The notes under the pieces are model-generated. The model did not search any database, was not told where the DNA came from, and saw nothing but the letters and a program-made list of their open reading frames with translations. Source: Marsupella aquatica (taxonomy: Eukaryota; Plantae; Marchantiophyta). Taken from it: a stretch of 64,000 nt of DNA. The position numbers and the translations under genes are program-made. Below are positions 61,773 to 64,000 of this stretch, piece by piece. Positions within the stretch are counted from its first letter, which is position 1. Each line of letters begins with the position of its first letter. The DNA lies in NCBI GenBank assembly GCA_973895155.1, contig OZ316895.1, positions 1,052,435 through 1,116,434 of the forward strand, given 5' to 3'.

Positions 61773-64000
61773 CTGCTTCCCCTCGTTCCATATAAACAGG
61801 GACTCCGTCTCCGATCGCGACGATTCCTCTAGTGGAACAGATTGTCACTCTTCTCCGGCAGCGGCATTGGCGTCAGGAGTCCGAGGAGCACCAGATATAC
61901 AATCCATCGATTCCATCTATACAAAAATCTTCCTCCAGGGTAACCTGTCCTGTCTTCCCTACTCTACTTTCAAAGCTTCCACTGCAAACAAGATATCGAA
62001 CACGAATTGCGTACCATTCGACAATTTACATCAAGCCGCGAACACATCTACACTTCGGGTATGAATTCAAAGGGAGTGGACAACAACTTCATTAGTTCCA
62101 GTACCGATTCCTTCCTCCCAAAACGTCTTTGCCCGTACTCATCATAGATGACAAATGTCACCCCTCCCGCCACCCACTTTGACAGTGGATTGACCAGCGA
62201 TTCTGAGCGTAATAGTTGTGCCCATATCAACAGAACAGCTACTCCGTCCCGGAGCCGCCCCCCGGGTCCTCTCACACCACAACTGCGCGACCGAAACACA
62301 AAACGAAAGACAGGCTCCTGCCACAGCACCTCTCTTCGCAGGAAACAAGGCTGCGTGTCCGAGAATTAATCCGCCACCCTCCAACTTCCTCGACCCTTCG
62401 TTCGCGGTATTCCAACGAATCTCACTCCCAACGTTGAACATGTCATTCCGCAGACAAATTCCTTTGGAATATTGCTTCCCAGGTTTCGCCCGACGAATAA
62501 GTCTACGTGATGAGTCCCTCCCTCTCCCTTCCTTCCTTACTTCCTCGAGTCCCTTTTCATCAACCTACTCGCCGATGCAGGTCAAGCTGGTGCGCTTTGT
62601 TTATTACAGCCCAAATCTAGCTACTCTCATAGCGTACAAATCCCGCAACTCCGTCTCGTTTTTTCTCCTCGTATTCTGTCCTTCTCCCTTCCTTTTCATC
62701 GACCGCTCCGTTCTTCCCTTCTTCAACGAGCTCCGCGATCGATCCAGCCCACAATCCTTCTCAACTCGTCGACCTCCTTCGCTCTGCATTTACTACTCAA
62801 TTCTTCGCTCCCTGAGTCCGCTATAGCAGTGATGCACTCTCGTTGAGAAGGAGGAGCTCGACGGAATTCTCCAGTCTCCAGAGCTACGTGACGTTGAGTC
62901 AGTTCAACAATAATAGAGCGCATTGCAACGATTGACCATTTCAATTGTTTTGGCGTCCCGCTGCCCTCGCGCGTCCGCGCGTTCCGCCTTGCTCTTGGTC
63001 AGCTCGGGCACTCGGGGAGGCGGTCTATGCATGCGCGTGTGGGGCAAGCAGCGTGGGGCGCGTGGCAGGGCACGGCAAGCGGAGCTCCTGCTCCAACAAC
63101 CATGGACACCCCGGGTTAATTTGTTAAATCAACACCGGAGCTCTCTAACCTTCTTGGGGCCCTTACTCTGCCCATCACAAATCTGCCCGTCACAAATCTC
63201 AAAGACTTTGTCTGCAAACCCGCTTGAGCTTGACCGTCAATCATTGTCCTAGCAGACTCAAAATGTATTAGCCCTCAATTTGTCGACAAATGGAAAAGTT
63301 CCCTCCTTTTCAAATTTGACGCCCTTTAGGCCGCGGGACACGCCTAGCCTCGAACGCCCATATCTCCCTATGTTTTCATCCCTGGTTGTCATTCTCAGTT
63401 TTTGTCATTGTGGTCACACTTCTGGAAATACTCGATGTGCAAAACATAGCATTCTATCGTCATCACATTTTCATACGCGCGAGTGTCCTGCCCAAAGTTT
63501 ATGTGCGTAGGAGCTCTTGTTTCTTGTCCTCCCACTCTATCAACACATGTGATTCTGCCTTTTTAAACGCGAACGTATCTCGTCGGATACACTGTATTAT
63601 GAGGACTCCGCGTTACGCGGAGCCCTTTATACGGCAAGTAGTGGTTTAAGAACCATTGGTATTGTGTCCCTCCACTGTGCATATCTTTTTTTGCTTTTTC
63701 TCCAACACAGATTGTGTCAACATTGTCTTTCGTATTAGGTTCTAACCTATTTTACTAAGCGTTCTAACCTATTTTACTAAGCACGCCAGTAGTGTTGAGC
63801 ATTAATTACTTGGCACCTCTGCCCCAAGCAAGACAAGATCAGGTTGCCCGCAACGTTGCAATGCACTTTTTGCCTGGGTGGACCCTATCACTACTGAAAA
63901 GCATCGATCATGGGACAGACTCTGCCTCTGTCATCTCTTTCCATGTAAAATGTGTTAGAACAATGATGTTTATGTAGTTATTCTACCAGTCCCACACAGT

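Noticed and set aside
62218-63252. 202-aa and 109-aa plus-strand ORFs
   Set aside because: Pyrimidine-rich antisense of the likely 5'UTR/promoter of the minus-strand membrane-protein gene; no motifs.

Overview
Nuclear DNA of a land plant, inferred to be a non-seed plant such as a bryophyte, lycophyte or fern: it has spliceosomal GT-AG introns, and a plastid ycf66 fragment is integrated here. There are five credible host genes: mitochondrial ribosomal protein L11, an intronless plastid-targeted ACR11/12-type ACT-domain protein, 3-exon ALG13, 14-exon fumarylacetoacetase and a 3-exon C-terminally anchored membrane protein of unknown function. They sit among many transposons. (i) A 5.4-kb PIF/Harbinger element (18-bp TIRs, AGT TSD) has a deleted transposase and a decayed Myb/SANT partner, but also carries an intact stand-alone RPA70 C-terminal-like Zn/OB-fold ORF and one more unknown ORF; this is the most unusual item. 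(ii) A decayed Ty3/Gypsy element has a PHD finger after its integrase. (iii) A full-length Tnt1/Tork-like Copia (TSD CATAC) is inserted into that Gypsy element. (iv) There is a 2.7-kb non-coding LTR derivative of the same Copia group (TSD TCATG) and an older solo-LTR relic. Also present are three decayed paralogues of a fucosyltransferase-like family, a ~170-bp satellite, minisatellites, a foldback element and two A-B-A'-B' template-switch scars. Family assignments come from motif recognition by eye; no database searches were run.
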